Source: Thermoanaerobaculia bacterium | GTDB taxonomy: Bacteria > Acidobacteriota > Thermoanaerobaculia > Multivoradales > Multivoraceae | Assembly: GCA_963664405.1 (NCBI GenBank) | Contig: OY761158.1 | Span: 3,296,001 to 3,360,000 of the forward strand | Direction: 5' to 3' | DNA length: 64,000 nt | Shown here: piece after piece, positions 30,273 to 39,677 of the stretch | Position numbering within the stretch: position 1 is the first letter of the stretch | How the letters are laid out: every line of letters starts with the position of its first letter | The notes under the pieces: model-generated | Told to the model about the DNA's origin: nothing | What the model saw: only the letters and a program-made list of their open reading frames with translations | Databases searched by the model: none | Translations under genes and position numbers: made by a program

Positions 30273-30563
30273 GCTCAATGGTCGAATGCACCCGATACAG
30301 ATTGTGAGCAACGACGTTTTCGGGTAACCCATCCGTTCCACCCGCTGTTGGGGCGTGAGTACGAGCTGGCTCACTATCGCCAGTGCTGGGGCGAGGACCG
30401 GGTCTTCTACCTGGATGAATGCGAGGAGCTACGCTCCCTTCCAGCGCGTTGGACGAGTGCGGTGGCCGAGGACCCCGTGGTTGTCCTCTCCGCAGGCAGA
30501 TCGATGTACCGCTTGGCCGACCTGCTCGAGCTCGCCAAGCTGACCCGGGAGAGCGAGCGATGA
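30273..30563 (+). CDS. DUF5372 (Y4bD/Y4pK-like) protein; 5' end lies at the other end of the element (GTG 33607)
   Basis: RVTHPFHPL...WGEDRV...SLPARWT motif; frame open from the element end but no start codon before HPFHP. Confidence 0.7.
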   Translation, partial: AQWSNAPDTDCEQRRFRVTHPFHPLLGREYELAHYRQCWGEDRVFYLDECEELRSLPARWTSAVAEDPVVVLSAGRSMYRLADLLELAKLTRESER

Positions 30564-30597
30564 AGAGCTGCGCGAGGACGGTTGAGGGGCACCGTGC

Positions 30598-30759
30598 GTA
30601 AAGGAGATTATGCCGTGAATGTAATCACAATTATGTCGGGAAGAGTGCCAGAGTGTGACCAGGAGTGTAGAGATAGGCCAATTTAATGCACGATCTATCG
30701 GTACTCTCTTGGTGGACACCCCTTGACAGAGGATCCATGAAAGGCATAATTAGAATTAC
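30598..30759 (+). promoter_or_regulatory. Sigma70-like promoter with three operator-like repeats
   Basis: TTGACA (30723)-16 nt-CATAAT (30745); GTAA-N5-ATTATGYC at 30598, 30621 and inverted at 30743-30759. Confidence 0.65.
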
Positions 30760-30775
30760 ATTCCATGAGGAGACC

Positions 30776-31243
30776 ATGCCGCGACGCAGACCCGACCCGA
30801 AAGCCGAGGCCCTCCGTCAACGAGGGTGCCTTCATCCCCAGCCGGAGAAGGTCTCGGACGATTTGTTCACCTCGAGCGAGTTCTTCGACCCTCGAGACCT
30901 CGTGCAGGTCAAGTACGAGATGCTGCGCCGTGTCCGGGTGGACAGACACACGGTGAGCCGGAGCGCGGCAAGCTTCGGGTTGTCGCGCCCATCCTTCTAC
31001 CACGCCCAGGTGGTTTACGAAGAAGGCGGCCTACCCGCGTTGCTGCCAAGAAAGCCGGGGCCGCGCCGCGCCCACAAGCTATCCGAGGAGGTCGTCGAGG
31101 CCCTGCACGACAGGCTGGAGGGGGAGCCGGACGCAGATGCAACCGCCCTGGTCGAGTGGGTGCAGAAGCGCTTTGGCATCTCGATCCATCCGCGCAGCAT
31201 TGAGCGAGCCCTGGCTCGCCAGGAAAAAAAACGCCGGCCATGA
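30776..31243 (+). CDS. Helix-turn-helix protein of the recombinase element
   Basis: FFDPRDLVQVKYEMLR, FGLSRPSFY and KPGPRRAHKL; AGGAG RBS. Confidence 0.8.
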   Translation: MPRRRPDPKAEALRQRGCLHPQPEKVSDDLFTSSEFFDPRDLVQVKYEMLRRVRVDRHTVSRSAASFGLSRPSFYHAQVVYEEGGLPALLPRKPGPRRAHKLSEEVVEALHDRLEGEPDADATALVEWVQKRFGISIHPRSIERALARQEKKRRP

Positions 31244-31527
31244 GCGCGACACGCCAGCAGAACGCTCCGGCCCATGTCGCTCGCTACGAGGAGCTCCGAG
31301 GACATGCGGCGAAGCGGCAGCTCCTATCGGTTCGGTTCGGCTTGGCCGTTCTCCTGCGACAAGGGCTGGCCGCTTGGGTTGAACAGGGGTCCAAGATGCC
31401 CGCGCCGACCCCGGCACCGTCCGCCGAGATAGCCAGGCCGTCCGCACTGCCTCACGATACGAGCGCGGATCTGATCAACGTGCTGGCCGCCATGGCTCTC
31501 AGCCATCTAGAGGAGAACCACGCATGA
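31240..31527 (+). CDS. Hypothetical accessory protein of the recombinase element
   Basis: ATGA overlaps on both sides; RYEELR...GLAVLLRQGLAAW. Confidence 0.7.
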   Translation: MSATRQQNAPAHVARYEELRGHAAKRQLLSVRFGLAVLLRQGLAAWVEQGSKMPAPTPAPSAEIARPSALPHDTSADLINVLAAMALSHLEENHA

Positions 31528-33617
31528 GCGCAAGCGCCCACCAGAAGGTGACCCCAAGCCACCTGCGACGCGATGCGTACCTGTATGTTCGCCAGTCGAC
31601 CGTGCGCCAGGTGTTCGAGAATACGGAGAGCACGAGACGCCAGTACGCGTTGCGAGAGCGCGCGGTGGCGATGGGATGGCCCATCGAGCGAGTCATCGTG
31701 ATCGACTCGGACCTGGGTAAGTCCGCAGCTTCCAGCGTCGACCGCGAGGGCTTTCAGAAGCTCGTCGGCGAGGTCGGTATGGGCCGAGCCGGGATCGTTC
31801 TCGGGCTGGAGGTTTCGCGCCTGGCACGCAATAGCACGGACTGGCATCGACTGCTGGAGATCTGCGCGCTGACCGACACGCTGATCCTTGACGAGGACGG
31901 GGTCTACAGCCCGAGTGATTTCAACGATCGCCTTCTGCTCGGGCTCAAGGGCACGATGAGCGAGGCGGAGCTTCACGTGATGCGGGCTCGGCTGCGCGGA
32001 GGCATTCTGAATCAGGCGCGCCGAGGTGCGCTGCAAACCCCGTTACCCGTCGGCCTACTCTACGACCCGACCGGTAACGTGGTGCTCGATCCCGACGGCC
32101 AGGTCCAACGGAGCTTCGAGCACCTGTTCGAGACCTTCGAGCGTATGGGCTCGGCCTCGGCGACGGTCAAACACTTCCGCGAGCAAGGCTTGCGGTTTCC
32201 GCGCCGGCCGCGCTTCGGCCCCCACAAGGGAGAGCTGTTGTGGGAGTCGTTGCGCCACTGGCGCGTCCTGAGGGTGCTGCACAATCCCCGCTACGCTGGC
32301 GCTTTCTGTTTCGGTCGCACTCACACGCAAAGGCGCGTCAACGGCACCGTCGAGGTCAAGTCGCTTCCGCGGGAGGAGTGGACCGCGCTGTTGCTCGACG
32401 CGCACCCCGGATACATTCCCTGGGAACAATTCGAAGAAAACCTGAGACGACTACGAGACAACGCCCAGGCCCACGGCCGAGACCGGCGCAAGAGCCCACC
32501 GCGCGAGGGGCCAGCGCTGGTGCAGGGCTTGGTCCTCTGCGGCGTTTGTGGCCATCGGATGACGGTCCGCTATCACACGCGCAGGGGCACTCAGTGGCCC
32601 GAGTACGTCTGCCAGCGCGAGGGCATCGACACCGCGACACCCAAGTGTCAGTCGATCCCGGGCAAGGGCATCGATCGGGCCATCGGAGAGCTGCTTGTGG
32701 AGACGGTTACGCCTGTGACTCTGGAGGTTGCACTGAAAGTCCAGGTCGAGCTCGATGCACGGATCCACGAGGCCGATTCCCTGCGGCGCCAGCACGTACA
32801 GCGAGCTCGACAGGAGGCTGACTTGGCTCGGCGTCGCTTCATGGAGGTCGATCCGGGGAACCGCCTCGTGGTGGATGTCCTCGAGGCCGAGTGGAACGAG
32901 AGGCTGCGCGGGCTGCACGACGCACAGGAGGAGCTCGAGCAGCGCCGCCAGCAAGATCACCAACAGCTCGGCGACCAGCAACGAGAAGAGATCCTCGCCC
33001 TCGCCACCGACTTCCCGCGGTTGTGGAACGACCCGAAGACGCCTCAACGCGAGCGCAAGCGCATGGTGCGCTTGCTCATCGAGGACGTCACCTTGACGAA
33101 GGGCGACGAGATCGTTGTCGGTGTCCGCTTCCGAGGTGGCGCGACACGAAGTCTCAAACTGCCCATTCCGCCGACAGCATGGGAGTTACGCCAAACCTCG
33201 AAACAGGTCGTTGCCGAGATTGATACCCTGCTTGATGACTACACCGAGGCCGAGATTGCGAGCATCCTCAACGACAGAGGCCATCTCTCCGGAGAGGGCA
33301 AACGATTTCACGCCGGCATCGTCCGGCGACTGCGCCGTGACTACGACATCAAGAAGAGGTACGACCGACTGCGTGAGGGGGGAATGCTTACCCTCGAAGA
33401 GATGGCTGACCTACTGGGTGTCGCGACCCACACGGTGAAGACATGGCGCAACCACGGCCTGCTGCGTGCCCATGCCTACAACGACAAGAACGAGTGCCTC
33501 TACGAGCATCCCGGCGACGACCCGCCCGTCAAAATGCAGGGCCGAAAACTCTCGCAACGACGGCGCCGCCTCGACGTCGAACCGAACCCTACGGAGGAGG
33601 TGCAGTGTGAAGCGTAG
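31524..33617 (+). CDS. Large serine recombinase with zinc ribbon and C-terminal HTH
   Basis: YVRQST catalytic motif, EVSRLAR, NPRYAG, CGVCG...C..C ribbon, coiled coil, LEEMADLLGVATHTVKTW. Confidence 0.93.
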   Translation: MSASAHQKVTPSHLRRDAYLYVRQSTVRQVFENTESTRRQYALRERAVAMGWPIERVIVIDSDLGKSAASSVDREGFQKLVGEVGMGRAGIVLGLEVSRLARNSTDWHRLLEICALTDTLILDEDGVYSPSDFNDRLLLGLKGTMSEAELHVMRARLRGGILNQARRGALQTPLPVGLLYDPTGNVVLDPDGQVQRSFEHLFETFERMGSASATVKHFREQGLRFPRRPRFGPHKGELLWESLRHWRVLRVLHNPRYAGAFCFGRTHTQRRVNGTVEVKSLPREEWTALLLDAHPGYIPWEQFEENLRRLRDNAQAHGRDRRKSPPREGPALVQGLVLCGVCGHRMTVRYHTRRGTQWPEYVCQREGIDTATPKCQSIPGKGIDRAIGELLVETVTPVTLEVALKVQVELDARIHEADSLRRQHVQRARQEADLARRRFMEVDPGNRLVVDVLEAEWNERLRGLHDAQEELEQRRQQDHQQLGDQQREEILALATDFPRLWNDPKTPQRERKRMVRLLIEDVTLTKGDEIVVGVRFRGGATRSLKLPIPPTAWELRQTSKQVVAEIDTLLDDYTEAEIASILNDRGHLSGEGKRFHAGIVRRLRRDYDIKKRYDRLREGGMLTLEEMADLLGVATHTVKTWRNHGLLRAHAYNDKNECLYEHPGDDPPVKMQGRKLSQRRRRLDVEPNPTEEVQCEA

Positions 33618-34651
33618 CCCTTGGTGCGAGGTCGGTAGGGGCGTGTTCTGGAGTGCTTCAAACCGAGTTCCTGACCAAGATGGGCAAAGATCTAGGCGAC
33701 GTAGCAAGCTCCGTTGTCGGTCAAGATCCTCTGAATGGTAAACGCCTCGATCGGCGAAGAAAGCCATGACCCGCTGGAGAAAGGCTTGGGCGCTGGTCGA
33801 GCGCTCATTCTCGAGGATCTCCACGTAGGCCACCCGCGAGTTGTCATCGATGGCCACGTGGGCAAACTGCCAGCCGGCACCCTGACGGCGCCCCGATAGT
33901 CGCCCGTGATCCGGTGGCCCACGGAACGGATCTTGCCGAGCTTCTTGATGTCCAGGTGCACGAGCTCGCCCGCGTGCTGCTTCTCGTAGCGACGAACCGG
34001 TTCGGGCGGCGCCAGCTGAGGCAGTCGGCCCAAGTCCCAGCGACGCAACCAACGCGAAACGGTGGATCGGGGAATCCCTGTCTTCCAGGCGATCTCAGCC
34101 TGGCTCAGACGCTCCAGCCGAAGAGAGAGGATGCGTTCCCGATCCTTCTTACCCAGCCTCCGGGGACTCTGATGAGGGCAGGACGATCGATCCTGGAGAC
34201 CCTGGGAGCCCTCGGAGCGATAACGCCGCAACCACCGGTACCCCGATCGCGCGCTGAGGCCCTGGGCCTCAGCAGCCTTCCTGACCGTCCAACCTTCTTC
34301 CAACACTCTCTTCACCAGCAGGGCTCGACTCTTCGGGCAGCTTCGGGCATTCTTGTGCAGGTCCATCCCTTCACTCCTCTCCATGCGTTGTTTTCGTATC
34401 CAAAGCATGGCGGAAGTGGCTGGGATGGACCACCCCTCTTACTGAACAACCTTGTGAGCACTGACACCTAAGAGGAGTGGGTTAGTGGCCGCGGGGTTGG
34501 CTTCCGGTTAGCGCCGTTCGGGTCTTTTTCCCGGACACTCTAGAATCGCTCCGTGGGTCTCGACACATTCCTGCGCGAGGTTGTGCTCCTTCTGGCGTCG
34601 GCCGTGGTCGTGGTTCTGGCCAGCGCGAAGCGTGGAAGTCTGGCTTTCCTT

Positions 34652-35950
34652 CTACTGGGCCACTCGCCATGGCGAAGTACTCGGCCAGCCTTTGAGCTCC
34701 TCTCGGGCCCATTCCGAGCTCTGGTCGGTGTGGCACGAGGTACACGGACTCGGCATGCCGTGCTGCTCCGTCATCGATGGGGGTATGAACTTGAAAGTGT
34801 GACTGCGCACCTTGACCTCGCCGATCGTTTTGGCGATCTTCGGCATATGACAGGCGATGCACTGGCTTCCTTCACTTTCCGGAGCATGATGGGTGTGCTC
34901 TTCGAGCGTACCGCCGGGACCGTTCGGGGAGCGAGGGCCATGACACTGCAGGCACAGAGCATTGTCGGGTCTGGTCAGCTCCGCGCCGTGCTCGGTTCCG
35001 TGTACGTCGTGACAGGCGGAGCACTTCACTCCTCGCGTGTACATCACGCTGGAGACATAGTCGTTCCCCTGCATTCGATTCTTGTGGGCGGATCCGTCGG
35101 GCCAATGAGTGAACGACTCCTCGCCGAGATGGTGCTCCTCTAGCTTCCAGAAGTCACTGAGCCGATCGCCGGGCTCGTATCCGACCGGCCAGTCATAGTA
35201 CGTGCCGGCGATCGGGTTGGTGAGGGGCTGCCCCTGAGAGTGGCATTGAATGCAGACGTCGGCCGCTCGCACGTAGTCGAGCCGGGCTGGATTGGTGATG
35301 TTCTCGCTCTGCGGATCGGCGGCGTGCGCGCTCCCAGCGCCGTGGCACTTCTCACAGCCGACATTCCACTCGGTGACTTCTTTGGTCTCGATGTCGTAGT
35401 TGGTCGAATGACAGCCATCACAGAGAGGCCCGGTAGGCCTTTGCATCTGATCCGCGGGGTAGTGCTCCACCCACCAGTCGGTGCCCTCTCTGACGTAGTA
35501 GGTACGCCACTCCCGGTTGGTCACGTCCCACTGGGCGGGAAAGACGTAGTAATCGCTGCCGATCTTGGTGAAGTAGCGTTGTTTCCACTTGCTGCCGTAG
35601 GTGAAGACGATGTCTTCCTTACTGAAGGTCACCAACTCATGGGGTGTCAAAAAGTCGCCTTTGATGGCTTCGGGGCGCTCCTTGACATCTTGCAGGATGT
35701 TCGCCATCAGAGTGTTTTTCCAGCGGCTATAGAGGCTCCTGTGACAGGACCCGCAGGCCTCCGAGCCGACAAAAGCCTTGCCGGTATCTTCGGCAGGAGG
35801 CTCGACCTGCCCGGCAGCCGGAACTTGGAGAACGATCAATGCGAGAACGGCTGCGTACCCCAGCTTCGCGAGGGGTCGGAGCCGTAGGCTGTCCCGTCGC
35901 CCTCGGGTCTCGAGGCCGGCTCTTCTCCTGTGCCTGAATGAGCATCGCAT
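34652..35950 (-). CDS. Multiheme cytochrome c (8 CxxCH motifs)
   Basis: CGSCH, CDGCH, CEKCH, CIQCH, CSACH, CLQCH, CIACH and CTSCH; signal-like N-terminus. Confidence 0.88.
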   Translation of the reverse strand: MRCSFRHRRRAGLETRGRRDSLRLRPLAKLGYAAVLALIVLQVPAAGQVEPPAEDTGKAFVGSEACGSCHRSLYSRWKNTLMANILQDVKERPEAIKGDFLTPHELVTFSKEDIVFTYGSKWKQRYFTKIGSDYYVFPAQWDVTNREWRTYYVREGTDWWVEHYPADQMQRPTGPLCDGCHSTNYDIETKEVTEWNVGCEKCHGAGSAHAADPQSENITNPARLDYVRAADVCIQCHSQGQPLTNPIAGTYYDWPVGYEPGDRLSDFWKLEEHHLGEESFTHWPDGSAHKNRMQGNDYVSSVMYTRGVKCSACHDVHGTEHGAELTRPDNALCLQCHGPRSPNGPGGTLEEHTHHAPESEGSQCIACHMPKIAKTIGEVKVRSHTFKFIPPSMTEQHGMPSPCTSCHTDQSSEWAREELKGWPSTSPWRVAQ

Positions 35951-36251
35951 CGCGTTCGCTCCTTTCGTTCGTGCTGTCCGCCGCTCAGAAGGTTAACTGA
36001 AGTCCCAGGAAGCCTAACCCGCCGGCCTCGACACGGGCTCCGGCAACACCACGCCCCCGCCGCGCCCGCTGTCGCGATCTTTAGCGCGACCACCGTTCTC
36101 CCAAGGGCTCTTCCGTAATCTCCCTTCGCAGCTGCCATCAATCCGCGGAGGCTAATACCTGAAGGGCGTAGAAGGAGTAATGACACTCGGAGCGAGATGA
36201 TCGTGTTACAACTAGCTAGCGGTAGCCTTGTTGGCCAGAAAGGTGCCCTGC

Positions 36252-37043
36252 ATGAAACACAGAACGCTCGGCCCGACCGTCCTATTGCTGCTCTGGGCTG
36301 TCGCCTGCGGTGAGCCCAGGGGAAAAGATGACCCGGCGGCCGCGAGTGCAGGGGCCGCCGCAGGCGAGCAGGCTGGCCTGGAAAACGTGCCGTCTTCACA
36401 GCTCTACGATTTCGAGGGGGATCCGCTCGGCATGCTTCCCCACGGCTTCTCAGCGGCCCACTCAGGTCGCGGTGCCGAGGGCCGGTGGGAGGTCATCGAG
36501 GCCGGACCCGCTCCGTCCGGCCACCTCGCAGTCGCGCAGCTCGACGTCGATCGCACCAACTACCGCTTTCCGCTGTTGGTGCTCGACGCGCCTCGGGCGC
36601 GCGATGTGGAGCTGTCGGTGATGGGCCATCCAGTCTCGGGCACAAAAGACCAGGCCATCGGCTTGATATGGAGGTACCAGGACACCGACAACTACTATGT
36701 CCTGCGGGCGAACGCTCTCGAAGACAATGTGGTCCTCTACAAGATGGAGAACGGCGAGCGGACAGATCTTCCTCTCCTCGGCAAGGGACGTTCCTACGGC
36801 ATAGACGTCGACGTGCCGTTGCGGTCCTGGTCGAAGCTCGGCGTGCGCGCAGAGGGGCAGCTCTTCACTGCCTTTCTCGACGGTCGCGAGCTGTTCCAGG
36901 TGACTGACGAGACTTTCCAGAACCCGGGGCGCGTGGGCCTGTGGACCAAAGCCGACAGCGTCACCTGGTTCGACGATCTGCGCTTGGCGACCTTCGATGA
37001 AGGGGCAAGCGGCGAGGCCGCCGATCTGACCGAAGGCGACTGA
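36252..37043 (+). CDS. Lipoprotein with DUF1080/LamG-like beta-sandwich domain
   Basis: Lipobox AVAC; WRYQDTDNYYVLRANALE and GRVGLWTKADSVTWFDD. Confidence 0.65.
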   Translation: MKHRTLGPTVLLLLWAVACGEPRGKDDPAAASAGAAAGEQAGLENVPSSQLYDFEGDPLGMLPHGFSAAHSGRGAEGRWEVIEAGPAPSGHLAVAQLDVDRTNYRFPLLVLDAPRARDVELSVMGHPVSGTKDQAIGLIWRYQDTDNYYVLRANALEDNVVLYKMENGERTDLPLLGKGRSYGIDVDVPLRSWSKLGVRAEGQLFTAFLDGRELFQVTDETFQNPGRVGLWTKADSVTWFDDLRLATFDEGASGEAADLTEGD

Positions 37044-37047
37044 TGCC

Positions 37048-38070
37048 ATGAGGAAACCTGTCAGCAACTGTGCCCTGCTCGGCTTCGCGCTAGTTTCCGT
37101 CTTCGCCCTCGGATGTGGCTCTGGCAGTGGCGAGGGCGAAGTCGTGGTCTACACCTCAGTCGATCAGGTGTTCTCCGAGCCCGTCTTCCGCTCGTGCGAG
37201 GAGCGCCTCGGGCTCCGAGTCAGGGGCGTCTTCGACACCGAGGAGACGAAGAGCACCGGCATTCTCAATCGTCTCCTCGCCGAGGCCGACCATCCGCAGG
37301 CCGACGTCTTCTGGTCCGGAGACCCGGTGCGGCCGTTTCTGCTCGACGAACGTGGTCTCATCGACCCCTACGTCTCTCCGGAGGCGGCTGCCGTGCCGGT
37401 GGGGTTCCGCGCCGAGGACGGAACCTGGACTGGCATCGCGGCGCGGGCCCGCGTCTTGCTGGTGAATCGTGAGCTCCTCTCCGAGGGGGATCGCCCCGAC
37501 TCGATCCGCGATCTTGCCGATCCGCGCTGGCGTGGGCAGAGCGCCATCGCCAATCCGCTCTTCGGCACCACCACCATGCACGTCGCCGCGCTGGCGGTGA
37601 TCTGGGGCGTAGATGAGGCACGCGCCTTCCTCGAGGCCCTTCAGGACAACCAGGTGCGCGTCGCCAGCTCGAACGGTGAGGTGAGACGTCTCGTCGCTTC
37701 TGGGCAGGTGGCTTTCGGACTGACTGACACCGACGATGCGTTCGTCGCGCTCTCGGAAGGTGATCCCGTCGAGGTTGTCTACCCGGACCAGGACGGCATC
37801 GGAACCCTGGTGATGCCGACCTCCGTGGTGCTGATCGCGGGTGCGCCACATCCTGCTGCGGGCAGACGCCTCGTCGACTGTCTTCTCTCTGCCACAAGCG
37901 AACGTCTGTTGGCAATGAGCGCCGCTCACATGCCGCTCCGCGACGACACGGTGGCCCCTGCTTCGGTACCAGCGGTGTCGAGCCTGAACGCGATGCAGGT
38001 CGACTACGCCGAAGTAGCGAAAACGATGGAGAGCTTGCAACCGTGGCTCCGCGAATGGGTCGGTCTCTGA
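37048..38070 (+). CDS. Fe3+-type ABC transporter substrate-binding lipoprotein
   Basis: Lipobox ALGC; VVVYTSVDQ, PQADVFWSG, ANPLFGTT and LTDTDD. Confidence 0.85.
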   Translation: MRKPVSNCALLGFALVSVFALGCGSGSGEGEVVVYTSVDQVFSEPVFRSCEERLGLRVRGVFDTEETKSTGILNRLLAEADHPQADVFWSGDPVRPFLLDERGLIDPYVSPEAAAVPVGFRAEDGTWTGIAARARVLLVNRELLSEGDRPDSIRDLADPRWRGQSAIANPLFGTTTMHVAALAVIWGVDEARAFLEALQDNQVRVASSNGEVRRLVASGQVAFGLTDTDDAFVALSEGDPVEVVYPDQDGIGTLVMPTSVVLIAGAPHPAAGRRLVDCLLSATSERLLAMSAAHMPLRDDTVAPASVPAVSSLNAMQVDYAEVAKTMESLQPWLREWVGL

Positions 38071-39677
38071 GCCTTGGCGCTGGGGTCGGTCACGGCTGGC
38101 TGCACACGGCCGTGCACGAACGCTGGCGACGTTACCAGCGAGTCGGCGCGCTCGTGCTCGCGACGGTCTGCGTCGCGCTCGTCGCCTCCCTGCCTCTTCT
38201 CGCCCTCGTGGCCGAGCTGACTTCGTCTACTGTCGACAGTCTCAGCCTTCTTCAGCGGTGGGATCTGTGGGCGCTTTTTCTTCGCTCTGCAGCACGAGCT
38301 CTCCTCGTGACCCTCCTTTCCCTGGCCGTCGGCATCCCGCTGGGGTGCCTTTTCGGCCGCAGTGATCTTCCGCTGCGGCGCATACTGTGGCTGGTCCATG
38401 CCTTCCCGCTCTTTCTGCCGCCTTTCCTACTGGCACTGGGTTGGTTTCACCTCGTCGATCTGAGCGGTGTGGCCGGCGCCGGTATCGGCGGTCGTTCGCT
38501 CTCTGGTGAGCCGGCCGTGACTTGGGTGCTGACCTTCGCGCTGGCGCCGATCGTGACCACCCTGACCGCGTTTGCGCTGCGCGGCATCGAGCCTTCTCTC
38601 GAAGAGGCGGCTCTGGTGGTGGCTAGGCCGCTGCACGTGTTCCGCTCGGTCCTGCTCCCGGGCGCCGCGCCTGCCGTCGCCCTCGCCTCTGTCGTCGTCT
38701 TTTCGCTGGCCATCTCCGAGCTCGGGGTGCCTCTGTTTTTTGGCACGCGCGCCTACAACGAAGTGGTGTTTTCCCGCTTGGCGGGGATCGACTTCAACCC
38801 CGGCGAGGCGGTCGCACTGGCGACGCCGCTGCTTGTCGCCGGTCTTCTCCTGGTCGTCGCCGAGCGCCGACTCTTCGGTCGGCGCCGCTTCGATCTGCTC
38901 GGCCTTCGCGAGTCACGACAACCGATAGAGCTTGGACGTTGGCGGAGCCTTGCGACAGCGGTCGTGCTCGCATTGGCGGCAGCGGGGGTGGCTCCGCTCG
39001 CGGGCCTGGTCTGGCGTGCGATGGTAGGCCCGATTCGGCCAGGGCAGAAGCTGGCGTTGGGCGACAGTCTTTGGACGAGCCTGTCGACGGCGTCTATAGC
39101 GGCCGCCGCTGCCACCGCGATCGCTTGCGTTGTCGGGCACGCCCTGGTGCGGAGGTCGAGGATTGCGTCGATCTTGGACGGCTGTCTCTTTCTCGCTTTC
39201 GTGATGCCGTCGGCTGTGCTCGGCGTGGGGTTGATCTCGGCCTGGAACCGGCCGGCGACCCAGTGGGTGTATACAACGACCGCGATTCTGGTGATCGCCG
39301 GCTGTGGTCGGTACGCGATTCTGGCGGTCCGCTCCTCGGCCGTTGCGTTCGCGCAGTCTTCGCCGCAGCTGGAGGAGGGCGGCCAGGTTGCCGGCGCGTC
39401 TTTCTTGCGCCGGCTCGTCATGTTAGTGCTACGGCCCCACTGGCGGGGGTTGGCGCTGGCCTTTCTGCTCACTCTTGTCTTCTGTATGCGAGACCTCGAT
39501 ACCGTCGTCCTCTTCTATCCGCCTGGCGCAGAGCCGCTAACGGTGCGCCTCTTCACCCTCGAAGCCAACGGACCTCCGCGGCTCGTGGCCGCACTGGCGC
39601 TGGTTCAAGTGGTGCTGGTAGCCGGGGCGGTGACCGTGGGCTCGCTGCTGCTGTCGTTGGGGGCTCGACGCCGGTGA
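38043..39677 (+). CDS. Fe3+-type ABC transporter permease
   Basis: Duplicated transmembrane halves with LEEAA and LEEGG EAA loops. Confidence 0.85.
   Translation: MAPRMGRSLSLGAGVGHGWLHTAVHERWRRYQRVGALVLATVCVALVASLPLLALVAELTSSTVDSLSLLQRWDLWALFLRSAARALLVTLLSLAVGIPLGCLFGRSDLPLRRILWLVHAFPLFLPPFLLALGWFHLVDLSGVAGAGIGGRSLSGEPAVTWVLTFALAPIVTTLTAFALRGIEPSLEEAALVVARPLHVFRSVLLPGAAPAVALASVVVFSLAISELGVPLFFGTRAYNEVVFSRLAGIDFNPGEAVALATPLLVAGLLLVVAERRLFGRRRFDLLGLRESRQPIELGRWRSLATAVVLALAAAGVAPLAGLVWRAMVGPIRPGQKLALGDSLWTSLSTASIAAAAATAIACVVGHALVRRSRIASILDGCLFLAFVMPSAVLGVGLISAWNRPATQWVYTTTAILVIAGCGRYAILAVRSSAVAFAQSSPQLEEGGQVAGASFLRRLVMLVLRPHWRGLALAFLLTLVFCMRDLDTVVLFYPPGAEPLTVRLFTLEANGPPRLVAALALVQVVLVAGAVTVGSLLLSLGARRR

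Larger units (their letters stand above)
30273..33620 (+). mobile_element. 3.35-kb four-gene integrative element with a large serine recombinase
   Basis: TTGG direct repeats at 30269-30272 and 33621-33624; imperfect inverted arms gggct...tgcacc; removal restores the IS481 frame. Confidence 0.88.
30070..34366 (-). pseudogene. IS481 transposase, split and frameshifted
   Basis: MDLHKNARSC, HLDIKKLG, ILTDNG; TRPYRPRT|NGKAERF split by the insertion; two frameshifts and a stop. Confidence 0.85.
30075..34466 (-). mobile_element. IS481-family element carrying a nested recombinase element
   Basis: TGT...ACA ends with shared aaggttgttcagt inner TIR; 6-bp TSD CCTAAG at 30069-30074 and 34467-34472. Confidence 0.9.

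Noticed and set aside
36170-36215. Fur box upstream of the ABC operon
   Set aside because: taatgacactc is only a weak partial match and is not palindromic.
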